Part shown: positions 19,454-29,010 of the stretch, piece by piece
Numbering within the stretch: position 1 is the stretch's first letter
How the letters are laid out: every line of letters begins with the position of its first letter
Source: Alphaproteobacteria bacterium
GTDB taxonomy: Bacteria; Pseudomonadota; Alphaproteobacteria; UBA828
Assembly (NCBI GenBank): GCA_965214705.1
Contig: OZ243972.1
Coordinates: 2,816,001-2,880,000, forward strand
Direction: 5' to 3'
Length of the DNA stretch: 64,000 bases
The notes under the pieces: generated by a model
Told to the model about the DNA's origin: nothing
The model's input: only the letters and a program-made list of their open reading frames with translations
The model's database searches: none
Position numbers and translations under genes: made by a program

Positions 19454-19832
19454 CCACGGATCCCCATGTGATAGAGCTTTGTGGGTTGACACGCGCAGGC
19501 AGGTCTCGATGTCGCGCAAGCTGGCCCGATAAGTGAGCTGAGCGAAGGCCATGCATCGGTACTGATCCGCGCAGGTGAACGACTTGATCTTGCGGTTTCC
19601 GTTGTAACGGGCCACGCAGCGACGGAAACTGTGCCAGGGTAGGTGATCCATGATTTGCGCGAAGACCAGCTTGCCGGAATACATCGGCCATCCTCTCCTG
19701 ATACATGTTGGACAGGAAAAGCGTGCCGAACCGGCGCTACGGTCTCAAGTCGGTGACTCCCTTGAACAGGATTTCTCGAACGAATATCAATCTGTTAACC
19801 GCACCAACTTCGAAAACGTTGGGACACTAGTG
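19454..19832 (-). mobile_element. IS4-family remnant (left end plus DUF4372-type transposase N-terminus, 19454-19684)
   Basis: MYSGKLVFAQIMDHLP..FTCADQYRCMAFAQLTYRASLRDIETCL; end motif CACTAGTGTCCC; cut by the ISKra4-like end. Confidence 0.8.
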
Positions 19833-19867
19833 ACTATTCGTATTTCTTGCAAAACGGTGAGGTTCTG

Positions 19868-20553
19868 GTCGCCCCCCACGCGGGGGGCGCGGATTGAAAC
19901 TGTGCACTGCCGTCGTCGAACGAGCCGAAAGGCTTATCCCCTTACATCCGGCTTCTCCATATGTGGGGTGCCGGATCGCTGGGCACTTTACGGGCAACCC
20001 ATTGAGACACGGAAGGAACTGCGACCGTGTCGGATACCGCCGCCGAGGTGATCGGTACAACATGTTGGGGAACCGGAGCCAGAGGGATAAGCCTTCGAGC
20101 CGATATGCACGTCGCCCCCCACGCGGGGGGCGCGGATTGAAACATCGCGGAGGCCAGGCTCGCGGGTGCGGTCTGGTGTCGCCCCCCACGCGGGGGGCGC
20201 GGATTGAAACAACTATCTGGCGCCCGGCGAGGAGCCGGATCCGGGTCGCCCCCCACGCGGGGGGGGGGGGGGGCGCGGATTGAAACATGCGCGGCCGAGT
20301 CCATGGCGGCGCCTGTCTGGTCGCCCCCCACGCGGGGGGCGCGGATTGAAACTTGACTCCACCAACCCGCACGTAGACCTGGCGAGTCGCCCCCCACGCG
20401 GGGGGCGCGGATTGAAACCGCTACTGGGACAGCGAGCACGTCGAGGCTGCGGGTCGCCCCCCACGCGGGGGGCGCGGATTGAAACGTCTGCGCATCCAGC
20501 GCCTGCGTCGTCGTCTTGGCGTCGCCCCCCACGCGGGGGGCGCGGATTGAAAC
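19868..20553 (+). CRISPR. Type I-C CRISPR array, 8 repeats / 7 spacers
   Basis: Repeat GTCGCCCCCCACGCGGGGGGCGCGGATTGAAAC at 19868, 20111, 20178, 20245 (G-run expanded), 20320, 20386, 20453, 20521; spacers 33-35 bp except spacer 1 (210 bp). Confidence 0.97.
19929..20095. mobile_element. 167-bp MITE inserted in CRISPR spacer 1
   Basis: TIR AAGGCTTATCCC/GGGATAAGCCTT, 8-bp TSD CGAGCCGA; removal restores a 35-bp spacer. Confidence 0.9.
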
Positions 20554-20838
20554 ACGTGTCGTCGGCGGTGTCGTGCAAAATCTGGCCTCATTTGACCGCA
20601 GTTCTGATTGAACGAAGCCGCTACGCGGAGTTGGCGGCTTAGGGTTCGCTAATTTCCGTGATGCTGCAGGTTCTGCTGGCGGGTGTCGCGTGCGTTTCTG
20701 GATTACGCCGAGCGCCGAAGTGCCGGTGAGGCGAGACGCCGGCAGCTTGCCGATCACCAGTGGTTAGCATCGATCTCCGAGACGGTCCGCCGTCGGAACG
20801 GTTCGGCGGCTCGCCGTCGCGATCACGGGAGATCGACG

Positions 20839-21717
20839 ATGACCGAGAAAGCCGCCAACGGGACAACCGGCACCCCTCTTCGCCAGAAGATGATCGACCA
20901 GATGCGCATTGCCGGTCTGGCCGAGAGCACGCAGGCCATCTACATCGGCGAGATCAAGCAGCTGGCCAAGCACTTCAAGGCCTCGCCGGCCGACCTCGAT
21001 GCCGACCAGCTGCGCACCTGGGTCCTGTCCGGCATCGAGCGCGGCCTGAAGCCGACGACGACCAACGTCACCGTCGCCGCCCTGAAGTTCCTCTACGCCG
21101 ACACGTTGGGGAGCCCCGAGCTCGTGACCGGACTGCGCGCCCGCAAGAAGCAGCGCAAGCTGCCACGTCACATGGCGGAGGAGGAGGTCGAGCGCATCAT
21201 CCTTGCAACGCCCGACCTCCGGTACCGCGCCGCCATCGTCACCGCTTATGGCTCAGGGCTTCGCATCTCCGAGACCGTTGCCATCAGGGTCGGCGACATC
21301 AAGTCGGACAAGAAGCTGCTACACATCCCTTCCGGCAAGGGCGGCACCGAGAGGATGGCACCGATGCCGGAAGCCGTCATCCATTACCTGCGCGGCTACT
21401 ACAAGAACATCTGGCCGGAGCCGGAGAGCTGGCTCTTCTATGGCGCCTCGCCCGACCTGCCCATCCGGACATCGGCCCTGCACTATGCCTTCAAGAAGGC
21501 GCGCGAGCGGGCCGGCATCGACAGCCGCTACAGCTTCCACTGTCTGCGGCATTCGGCCGCCACCCATCTTCACGAGCGCGGCGCCAACATGGAGGTGATC
21601 CGCGACGCGCTGGGCCATCGTCGTGCGGACACGACCCGCGAGTACGCGCGCTCGACCGCCAAGATGTTCGAGGGCCTCGACCACCCCGTCTCGGGCTTCC
21701 CGGTGCTTCGCAACTGA
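20839..21717 (+). CDS. Tyrosine recombinase of the type paired with IS91-like transposases
   Basis: TPLRQKMIDQM N-terminus, YGSGLRISE, GKG, HCLRHSAATHL, LGH, T.EY. Confidence 0.92.
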   Translation: MTEKAANGTTGTPLRQKMIDQMRIAGLAESTQAIYIGEIKQLAKHFKASPADLDADQLRTWVLSGIERGLKPTTTNVTVAALKFLYADTLGSPELVTGLRARKKQRKLPRHMAEEEVERIILATPDLRYRAAIVTAYGSGLRISETVAIRVGDIKSDKKLLHIPSGKGGTERMAPMPEAVIHYLRGYYKNIWPEPESWLFYGASPDLPIRTSALHYAFKKARERAGIDSRYSFHCLRHSAATHLHERGANMEVIRDALGHRRADTTREYARSTAKMFEGLDHPVSGFPVLRN

Positions 21718-21993
21718 GGGCGCGTGGCACGCGAGCGCGCCGGCAGCGCTTTCCGTGAGCGCATGGCCGGCCGGCTCGACGCTGGACGGCTCAAGGTCAT
21801 GGCGGCGATCGAGGCATGCCGCACCGCCGTGCTCGGTGGGCACATGTATGCCTGCGAGGGCTGCGGGCGGGAGCATCCGCTCTTCAGATACCATGAGCAC
21901 GGTGGCACCGAATCGATTCTGGCGGTTAGACAAGCTCGGAGAGAAGGCCAGCACCTTCTCTCCGAGCGGAATCGTCAACAACGGAGTGGACGG

Positions 21994-23190
21994 ATGTCGG
22001 ATGGTCCAGACACGACCGCGCTGACAGGCGCAAGTAGTAGCACGATTTATGTCGCGGTGGAGATCAGCCTCAAATCGTGGATCGTTGGCGTGCATTGCCC
22101 GGATGCCTCGGGTGGCAGCATCAGCATCCACACACTGGCTGCTGCCGACACGGCGGGACTGTTGGATCTCGTCGGGTCGGTGCGGGAACGGGTGGCGAGG
22201 GAGCTCGGCGCCCGTCCTCGGGTGATGCTGACCTACGAGGCGGGCTACGAGGGGTTCTGGCTTGCCCGCGATATCGAGCGCCGTGACGCGGAGATCGATA
22301 TCTTCATGAACGATCCGGCGAGCCTGCGGGTGAACCGGCGCGCCAAGAAGAAAAAGACCGACCGTATCGACGCGAGGAGGATGGTTCGGGCTCTGAAGGC
22401 ATGGGACCAAGGCGATTCGGAGGCCATGTCCTGGGTGCGCGTGCCCGATGTGGACCAGGAGGATGCCAAGCGCCTGCTGCGCGAGAGGGACACGCTGATC
22501 AGCGAGCGTACCCGCGTCAACAACCGGATCAAAGGGCTCTTGCAGTTGCACGGCATCTTCGATCTGGCGCCGCGCAAGCCGGACTTCCTCGAACGCCTCG
22601 CGACCGCGCGGACGGGCTATGGGGCGCCGTTGCCGCCGCGTGCGCGGGCAGAGATTGAGAGGGCGGTGGGGATGCTTCGCCTGGTTGAGGAGCATATCGA
22701 GATGATCGAGGCCGAGAAGAGGGCCCTGCTGAAGGCTGGCCGGAAAGCCCAGGACGCGACCAATCGTGACGGGACGGCGATGATCGCGGCGCTTACGCGC
22801 ATCCATGGCATCGGCCTCAATGACGCCACACTGCTGGCTGGCGAGGTGTTCTATCGGGACTTCCGCAATCGCCGGGAGTTGGGCAGCTGGGCCGGGTTGA
22901 CGTCGGTGCCGTGGGCGAGCGGAGATGTCGACCACGATCTTGGCATCAGCAAGGCCGGCCCCTCGCATGTCAGGAAGCACATGATCCAGATGGCTTGGCG
23001 CTGGCTGAAGCTGCAACCGGAAAGCGCGATCACGAAGTGGTTCCACGCCTACGTCGCCAGGGATGCCGGTGGCGGGAGGGACCGGCGAGCGAGGAAGCGG
23101 GCGATCGTGGGGGTCGCGCGCAAGCTGCTGATCGCGCTGTGGCGCTATGCCACCCAAGGACTGGTGCCTGAGGGCGCCATCGTCTCCTGA
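21994..23190 (+). CDS. IS110-family recombinase/transposase
   Basis: YVAVEIS, YEAG, KTDRIDA (DEDD-like), IHGIG, GLTSVPWASG, AIVGVARKLL. Confidence 0.92.
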   Translation: MSDGPDTTALTGASSSTIYVAVEISLKSWIVGVHCPDASGGSISIHTLAAADTAGLLDLVGSVRERVARELGARPRVMLTYEAGYEGFWLARDIERRDAEIDIFMNDPASLRVNRRAKKKKTDRIDARRMVRALKAWDQGDSEAMSWVRVPDVDQEDAKRLLRERDTLISERTRVNNRIKGLLQLHGIFDLAPRKPDFLERLATARTGYGAPLPPRARAEIERAVGMLRLVEEHIEMIEAEKRALLKAGRKAQDATNRDGTAMIAALTRIHGIGLNDATLLAGEVFYRDFRNRRELGSWAGLTSVPWASGDVDHDLGISKAGPSHVRKHMIQMAWRWLKLQPESAITKWFHAYVARDAGGGRDRRARKRAIVGVARKLLIALWRYATQGLVPEGAIVS

Positions 23191-23526
23191 GGGCACCGGC
23201 CGAACGAACGGGAAAATACAGGAGGTTCCGACGTGGTCGGACGCGGCCGCGGAGGATGCCGGGCAAGGCGTGTGACCGGGCAAGAGTTGGGTCGCCGCTT
23301 GGCACCGTTCTACAGATGGGTCCCGCCTCCCGGAACGTCACCACCGCTTGGATGCGGTATTGGGGTCACGGAGCCGGCAAGCGCCGGAGTTCCGAACCGG
23401 ATAAGAGCTGAGCAGCGTGGCGGATCGCTGCGTGGAAACGACGTTCTGCCTGGACATCGGCCGCGGATTCGAGTGGAGAGATTGCGAATGCCATTGACGT
23501 AGATGAAGCCGGGCCTTGCGGAGAGA
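23191..23526 (+). ncRNA. Candidate bridge/seek RNA region of the IS1111-type element
   Basis: ~340-nt non-coding 3' end, where IS1111-type elements encode their guide RNA; inferred from position only. Confidence 0.5.
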
Positions 23527-23675
23527 GCTCATAAGAACTCCTGCCGCAACCGGCACTGTCCGACCTGCCAGGGCATGGCTGCCATCCGCTGGAGCGAGGC
23601 GCGCGCCGCCGAGCTCCTGCCGGTGCCCTACTTCCACGTGGTCTTCACCCTGCCGAGCGAGGTCGCCGAGATCCC

Positions 23676-24047
23676 GGCGCACTCAACGAGGACAACGCCG
23701 CCGAGGCCGCGCGCTGGTACATGCCCGACGCCATGATCCGCCACGAGGGACGCACCGCGCCCGAGAACCTGCGCATCCTCGGCGCACGCGGCGATTCCAT
23801 GGAGCCCTTCATCGGAGAGGGCGACAGGATCGTGGTCGACATCTCCCGCCGCATGCCGGTGACCGGCGAGATGGTGGTGCTCTGGGACGGCGGCGGCCTC
23901 GTGGTCAAGCGGGTCGAGATGCTGGCCCGCTCCGATCCCCCCGCGATACGACTGCTCTCCGCGAACCCGGACTACGAGCCCTATACCTGCCTGATCGACG
24001 AGGCCCATATCGTCGGCAAGGTGATCTGGACCGTCAGGAAGGTCTGA
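23676..24047 (+). pseudogene. S24 peptidase domain of a cI/LexA-like repressor, HTH lost
   Basis: GDSMEP, GDRIVVD, VVKRV, LLSANPDY, IVGKVIW; abuts the truncated IS91-like gene. Confidence 0.75.
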
Positions 24048-24182
24048 GCCGGACCGTCAGACGCGAGGTCGCCGGCGCCCGGGTGCCGGCGCCTTCTCGA
24101 AAACACTTCTCGAAAATCATGTAGGCCGACCGCGCCGGGACCGCTAAAGTATTGACCAGTTGCATGACCACAAGGGGCTGTC

Positions 24183-24422
24183 GTGATCACCGTCAATCTG
24201 GCGCAGGCCAAGGCGCGCCTCAGCGAAATCCTGGACAAGGTCGAGTCGGGTCAGGACGTGGTCATCACTCGTCGCGGCAAGGCCGTGGCGCACGTGTCTG
24301 CCGTCGTCCGACCCAGGAATCCGCTGCCGCTGGGAGACCTGGCCGAGTTTCGGGCGGCCATGCCTCGCTTGCGGCGCCCTGCCGCCGACTTGCTCCGCGA
24401 GGTGCGGGACGAGCGTTTGTGA
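24183..24422 (+). CDS. Phd/YefM-family antitoxin
   Basis: VNLAQAKARLSEILDKVESGQDVVITRRGKAVA. Confidence 0.9.
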   Translation: MITVNLAQAKARLSEILDKVESGQDVVITRRGKAVAHVSAVVRPRNPLPLGDLAEFRAAMPRLRRPAADLLREVRDERL

Positions 24423-24440
24423 AGTCGGCAATCCCCTCGG

Positions 24441-24893
24441 ATGCGCTATTTCGACACCAGTTTCCTCGTGCCCCTCATCCTCCCCGAGGCCACCAGCGAA
24501 CCGATAGCCGGATTCTTCGAAAACCTGCCGGCCGACGAACTGGCGGTCAGCCACCGGACCCGGGTCGAGTTCGCCTCGCTGCTTGCCCGCGAGGTCCGCA
24601 TGGGCGAGCTTGACCCCTCAGCGGCGCACGAGGCGGGGTCACGGTTCGAATCCATGATCGAGGAGTCCTTTGTCGTCTTGTTGCCGGACCGTAACGATTT
24701 CGATCGGGCCAGGGATTGGGTCAACCGGTTCGAGACCGGTCTGAGGGTGGGGGACGCATTGCACCTCGCCATTGCGGACAACCACCGGGCCGATGCGATC
24801 CACAGCCTGGACAAGTCGATGGTGGCGGCCGCAACGCAGTTGGGCTTGCCCGCTACCGAAGGCATCCTCCTTTCGAGCCACGGCGATCGATGA
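24441..24893 (+). CDS. vapC: VapC PIN-domain toxin
   Basis: YFDTSFLV, TRVEF, LRVGDALHLAIA, SLD. Confidence 0.9.
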   Translation: MRYFDTSFLVPLILPEATSEPIAGFFENLPADELAVSHRTRVEFASLLAREVRMGELDPSAAHEAGSRFESMIEESFVVLLPDRNDFDRARDWVNRFETGLRVGDALHLAIADNHRADAIHSLDKSMVAAATQLGLPATEGILLSSHGDR

Positions 24894-24899
24894 CATCCA

Positions 24900-25309
24900 T
24901 CAGCGCGTTTGCCGACGAGAATGTCGACCGACCCCATGTCGCTCGACGCCAACGCGCCCGGCGCTGCACCGGCGCCGTCCATAACGTCTCGGGCTGGCCC
25001 CAATTCGGGACCACCTGGGGACGCGGTGGAGCAGCGACTTGCCGGATGTGACGGGCGCGAATATGAGCGGCACGCCTACGGGCAGCGTCGCTTCGATATG
25101 CTCGACCGTGCCCGGCCATTCGACTTCGCCCAGCGGTGCGTGGACGGCTACGAGTTGGGCGAGCGGGACGATCCGCGACAGCAGGATCGTCATGGCCTGT
25201 GAAGCCTTGCCGCCTGAATGAATGATTGATTGATGGCGACGAGGGCGCCGGCACGAATCATGTCGTCGCACCGCGGCGGCATGGGAATGTCGGCGATGCG
25301 GCTGGACAT
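24900..25309 (-). pseudogene. PAPS-reductase-family fragment, frameshifted and truncated
   Basis: ALVAIN/HSGGKASQAM..VAVHAPLGEVEWPGTVEHIE split across frames by TGAA/TGAT micro-duplications at ~25215-25235. Confidence 0.65.
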
Positions 25310-25476
25310 GGTTCGGTCTCCCCGGCGGTGGCGCGAGACGCCGCTCTCCGGCCCCCACGAGGCGCCTGGAGCAGGCCAACCTCGAACGCCTGAAGCCGCG
25401 CCGCGAGGCTTGGCAGTGCGACACGCCGGTGGCGTCGCTCCGGCAGGAAGAGGGCGGAATTGCCGCTGCCGGGATC
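25221..25476. repeat. Left copy of the long direct repeat flanking IS1634
   Basis: Matches 27394-27645 apart from 3 substitutions and one extra TGAT. Confidence 0.92.
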
Positions 25477-27393
25477 CCTGACTTCGACGGTTGAGCCGAG
25501 TTTTCGCTGGAATCCCGGTTCGGGATTCCAGTAAAGACAATGACTTGGCAGTTGCGGTGCGGTCAAGTCGGTTTGTTGTGCCTAGTAGTTATTTTGGGTT
25601 GTCCACGCCGCCGCTCGCTATGCTTCCCCCATGTTCGTGCGCATCAAGACCACCCCTAACAGCCCGCGACGCTCGGTCCAGCTCGTCGAGGGCGTGCGCG
25701 ACGGCGGCAAGGTCCGACAGCGCATCGTCCGCCACATCGGCGTCGCCATGGACGAGGACGAGCTCGAGCGCCTGAGGCAGCTCGGCGAGTACGTCAAGGC
25801 GAAGCTGGAGGACGAGCGCCAGCCCTTGCTGTTCGCGCCCGAGAAGATCGCCGAGCAGGTGATCCGCGTCGGCCGCCAGGGGGACGGCAAGCAGGAACTC
25901 CCGGTCGACCTCAAGCAGATCGAGGAGGAGCAGCGCCTGGTCACAGGCGTCCACGAGGTCTACGGCGAGATGTACCGCCTGCTGGGCCTCGACGCGCTGC
26001 TGCCGCGCTCGCGCTACCGCGCCTCGCACGACGCGCTGTTCCACGTGGTGATGGCACGGATCGCCAACCCCGACAGCAAGCGGGGCAGCGTGCGCCGGCT
26101 CGAGGAGGACTTCGGCGTGAGCCTGCCCCTCGAGAAGGTCTACCGGATGATGGACCAGCTCGACGCGAAGGTGATCGAGCGCCTGCGCACGCGCATCGGC
26201 GAGGCGAGCCGGTCGCTGCTGCCGGAGCCGGTCGCGATCCTCTTCTTCGATTGCACCACGCTCTACTTCGAGACCGCCGTTGAGGACGAGCTTCGCCAGC
26301 ACGGCTTCAGCAAGGACGGCAAGCACAAGGACTCGCAGGTCCTGCTGGCATTGATGGTGACGCGCGAAGGGCTGCCGATCGGCTACGAGGTCTTCCCCGG
26401 CGCCACCTACGAGGGGCACAGCCTGGTCCCGGTCCTGCAGGACATGCAGCGCCGCCACCAGGTGGAGCGCACTGTGTGTGTGGCCGACCGGGGCATGCTG
26501 AGCGCCGACAACCTCGACGCCATGGACAGGATCGGCGGCGAGTACGTCGTCGGCGCGCGGCTGCGCAAGCTGCCGCTCGCGCTGCTGAGGCAGATTCTCG
26601 ACCCGGACACCTATGCCCCGCTGGAGGGCTCGGAGAACCGCCGGGTCGGCGAATGGGAGTACAAGGGCCGGCGCCTGATTGTCGTCTTCTGCCCCGTGCG
26701 GGCGCGCAAGGACGCCCACGAGCGCCGCAAGCAGGTGGAGCGCGTGCTCGACAAGCTGGCCCGCAGCGACAATCCGAAGGAGCTGCTCTCCAATCACGGA
26801 GCGAAGCGCTTCATCGCCGTCGAGGGCGAAGCCCGGCTCACGGTGAACGCGGAGAAGATCGCCGAGGCCGAGCGATGGGACGGGCTCGCCGGCGTCATCA
26901 CCAATCTGCGCGACGCGAGCGTCACCGAAGTGATGTCTCACTACCACGGGCTCTGGCAGGTCGAGGAGAGCTTCCGCATCACCAAGCACGACCTCCGGGT
27001 GCGGCCCATCTGGCACTGGAACCCGGACCGGATCCGCGCCCACATCGCCATCGCCTTCATGGCCTTCGCCTGCGTCCGCCACCTGGCGTACCGCGTCGCC
27101 ATCCAGAAGCGGCGGATGTCCCCGGAGGTCATCCGCTCCGCCCTCGTCCACCGCCAATGCTCCGTCCTGCGCTGCCGGCAATCAGGAAACCGCTACGTCA
27201 TCCCCTCGAAGCCGACACCGGCGGCGGAACAGATCTACGCGACCATGGGGCTGCCCCTGACGATCACGCCGTACCAGCTCGCTTGATCGCCGGCGAAGCC
27301 CGGCCCGGACCCGAAATGCCGGATGTTGTGCCTAGCCAGAAATGAGAACTGGGTTATATCAACCACTTACGAAAATAAACCGTCGAAGTCAGG
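25477..27393 (+). mobile_element. IS1634-family element
   Basis: 16-bp perfect TIR CCTGACTTCGACGGTT; flanked by ~252-bp direct repeats. Confidence 0.92.
25631..27286 (+). CDS. IS1634-family transposase
   Basis: MFVRIK..LVEGVRDGGKVRQR, FFDCTTLYFE, GFSKDGK, VADRGM, YHGLWQVEESFRITK. Confidence 0.92.
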   Translation: MFVRIKTTPNSPRRSVQLVEGVRDGGKVRQRIVRHIGVAMDEDELERLRQLGEYVKAKLEDERQPLLFAPEKIAEQVIRVGRQGDGKQELPVDLKQIEEEQRLVTGVHEVYGEMYRLLGLDALLPRSRYRASHDALFHVVMARIANPDSKRGSVRRLEEDFGVSLPLEKVYRMMDQLDAKVIERLRTRIGEASRSLLPEPVAILFFDCTTLYFETAVEDELRQHGFSKDGKHKDSQVLLALMVTREGLPIGYEVFPGATYEGHSLVPVLQDMQRRHQVERTVCVADRGMLSADNLDAMDRIGGEYVVGARLRKLPLALLRQILDPDTYAPLEGSENRRVGEWEYKGRRLIVVFCPVRARKDAHERRKQVERVLDKLARSDNPKELLSNHGAKRFIAVEGEARLTVNAEKIAEAERWDGLAGVITNLRDASVTEVMSHYHGLWQVEESFRITKHDLRVRPIWHWNPDRIRAHIAIAFMAFACVRHLAYRVAIQKRRMSPEVIRSALVHRQCSVLRCRQSGNRYVIPSKPTPAAEQIYATMGLPLTITPYQLA

Positions 27394-27645
27394 AATGATT
27401 GATGGCGACGAGGGCGCCGGCACGAATCATGTCGTGGCACCGCGGCGGCATGGGAATGTCGGCGATGCGGCTGGACATGGTTCGGTCTCCCCGGCGGTGG
27501 CGCGAGACGCCGCTCTCCGGCCCCCACGAGTCGCCCGGAGCAGGCCAACCTCGAACGCCTGAAGCCGCGCCGCGAGGCTTGGCAGTGCGACACGCCGGTG
27601 GCGTCGCTCCGGCAGGAAGAGGGCGGAATTGCCGCTGCCGGGATC
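27394..27645. repeat. Right copy of the long direct repeat flanking IS1634
   Basis: Starts immediately after the right TIR. Confidence 0.92.
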
Positions 27646-27747
27646 GAAACGGCGGAGGTTTCGTGCTAACCGTGGGCGCCGGCCTCGGCTATGGTCTGTC
27701 GGGCGGATCGGGCGTTCCGAGAACGCGGCAACGCAGGGAGAGAACGG

Positions 27748-28030
27748 GTGAACAAGTCGGAGATCGCGGGCCTTGTGGCCGCCCGGACCGGAGTCGGAAA
27801 GTCCGCGGCCGGGTATGCGGTGGACGCCGTGTTCGAGGCGATCTCGGAGGCCCTGGCCAAGGGCGAGGATGTGCGGATCGCCGGCTTCGGCACCTTCGGC
27901 ACCAGGAGCCGCCCCGCCCGCACTGGGCGCAATCCCAGGACGGGAGAAAGCTGAACATCGCTGCCTCGACCGCACCGACGTTCAAAGCCGGCAAGCCGTT
28001 AGCGGGATGCCGTCACCGCAGGCGAATCAT
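27748..28030 (+). pseudogene. HU/IHF-family DNA-binding protein, frameshifted
   Basis: MNKSEI..GFGTF..RTGRNPRTGES, then LNIAASTAPTFKAGK in another frame; 3' end approximate. Confidence 0.85.
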
Positions 28031-28179
28031 GATCGGGGTGACGGGCGATCGAGGACAAGCGGGGACAGGAGGGGCCGCATGTTGAATTCGGCCGCTTGCC
28101 GTTCGAAGACAGCGCGAGGTCCGGCAGGATCGCCGTGCTGCGAGAAATCAAGCAGGGGTAAGGGGTTGGTGCAGGGATG

Positions 28180-28808
28180 GCGGGCGAGGTGAACTGGGTC
28201 GCCGGGTGATTGTGCTCGCTCAGCACCTTGAACTCGAAGGTGTCGATCGAGGCCAGCATCGGGCCGGTGCGGACGGAGAAGTGGCCCAGCGGAATACCGG
28301 GGAAGTTGTGCATTCCGAATACCGCGTCCACGGGAAACCGCTCGAACAGGCCGTCGCGAACCATCCGGTTGCCGCCGCGCTCCTCGTTGCCCGTCTCCTC
28401 GGCGGGCTGGAAGATGAAGCGGACGGTGCCGTCAAACCGCCTGTTCCGCGCCAGGTACCTGGCCGCGCCGAGGAGCATGGTCGAGTGCCCGTCATGGCCG
28501 CAGGCATGCATCTTGCCGTCGTTCTGCGAGCGATGCGCGAAGTCGTTCTCCTCCTGGAGAAAGAGCGCGTCCATGTCGGCCCGCAGGCCGATGACCCGCC
28601 CGTTGGTGCCGTGTGTCAGCGTAGCCACCACGCCGGTGCCAGCGAGACCCCTGTAGACTTCCAGCCCGAAGCCCGTCAGCTTCTCGGCAATAAAGTCAGA
28701 TGTGCGGCATTCCTCGAACGCCGTCTCGGGGTGCGCGTGGAGATCCCGCCGCCAGGCCGCCAGCTCCTCGTGCATGTCCCGAATGTCGCGCATCGCGTCC
28801 ATCGCCAC
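28180..28808 (-). pseudogene. M20D amidohydrolase (hippurate hydrolase-like), 3'-truncated
   Basis: RRDLHAHPE, LRADMDAL, MHACGHDGH, FQPAEE, GMHN; similarity lost after ~205 aa; truncation point approximate. Confidence 0.85.
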
Positions 28809-29010
28809 TGTCCCTCCGAGCCTGAAGCGGGATCACGATTGCACGCAGGCTCAGGGTCGGCAAGCAAACCTCGGAAGGCTGGGAGTCGCCCAATCGTGTT
28901 GGCCGTGTGATGGACAATTGGAGTACGCTTGCCGTGACGGACGCCAGACGCGAGACAGCCGATCGGGCGGACCGTCTTCGCAAGGATGAACACCCGATGG
29001 GAGGAACGTC

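Larger units (their letters stand above)
21886..23535 (+). mobile_element. IS110 family, IS1111-type element
   Basis: Sub-terminal IR ATGAGC/GCTCAT set 7 nt and 3 nt in from the ends, no TSD, long 3' non-coding end. Confidence 0.85.
21724..23675 (+). pseudogene. IS91-like (Y2) transposase N-terminal Zn-binding part, interrupted by IS110 and 3'-truncated
   Basis: CRTAVLGGH..CEGCG..PLF|NSCRNRHCPTCQ..LLPVPYFHVVFTLP once 21886-23535 is removed. Confidence 0.85.

Noticed and set aside
19901-20520. Self-targeting spacers within this window
   Set aside because: No match noticed by eye; the check was not exhaustive and needs BLAST
19827-20757. ORFs overlapping the CRISPR array
   Set aside because: Translations of repeats, not genes
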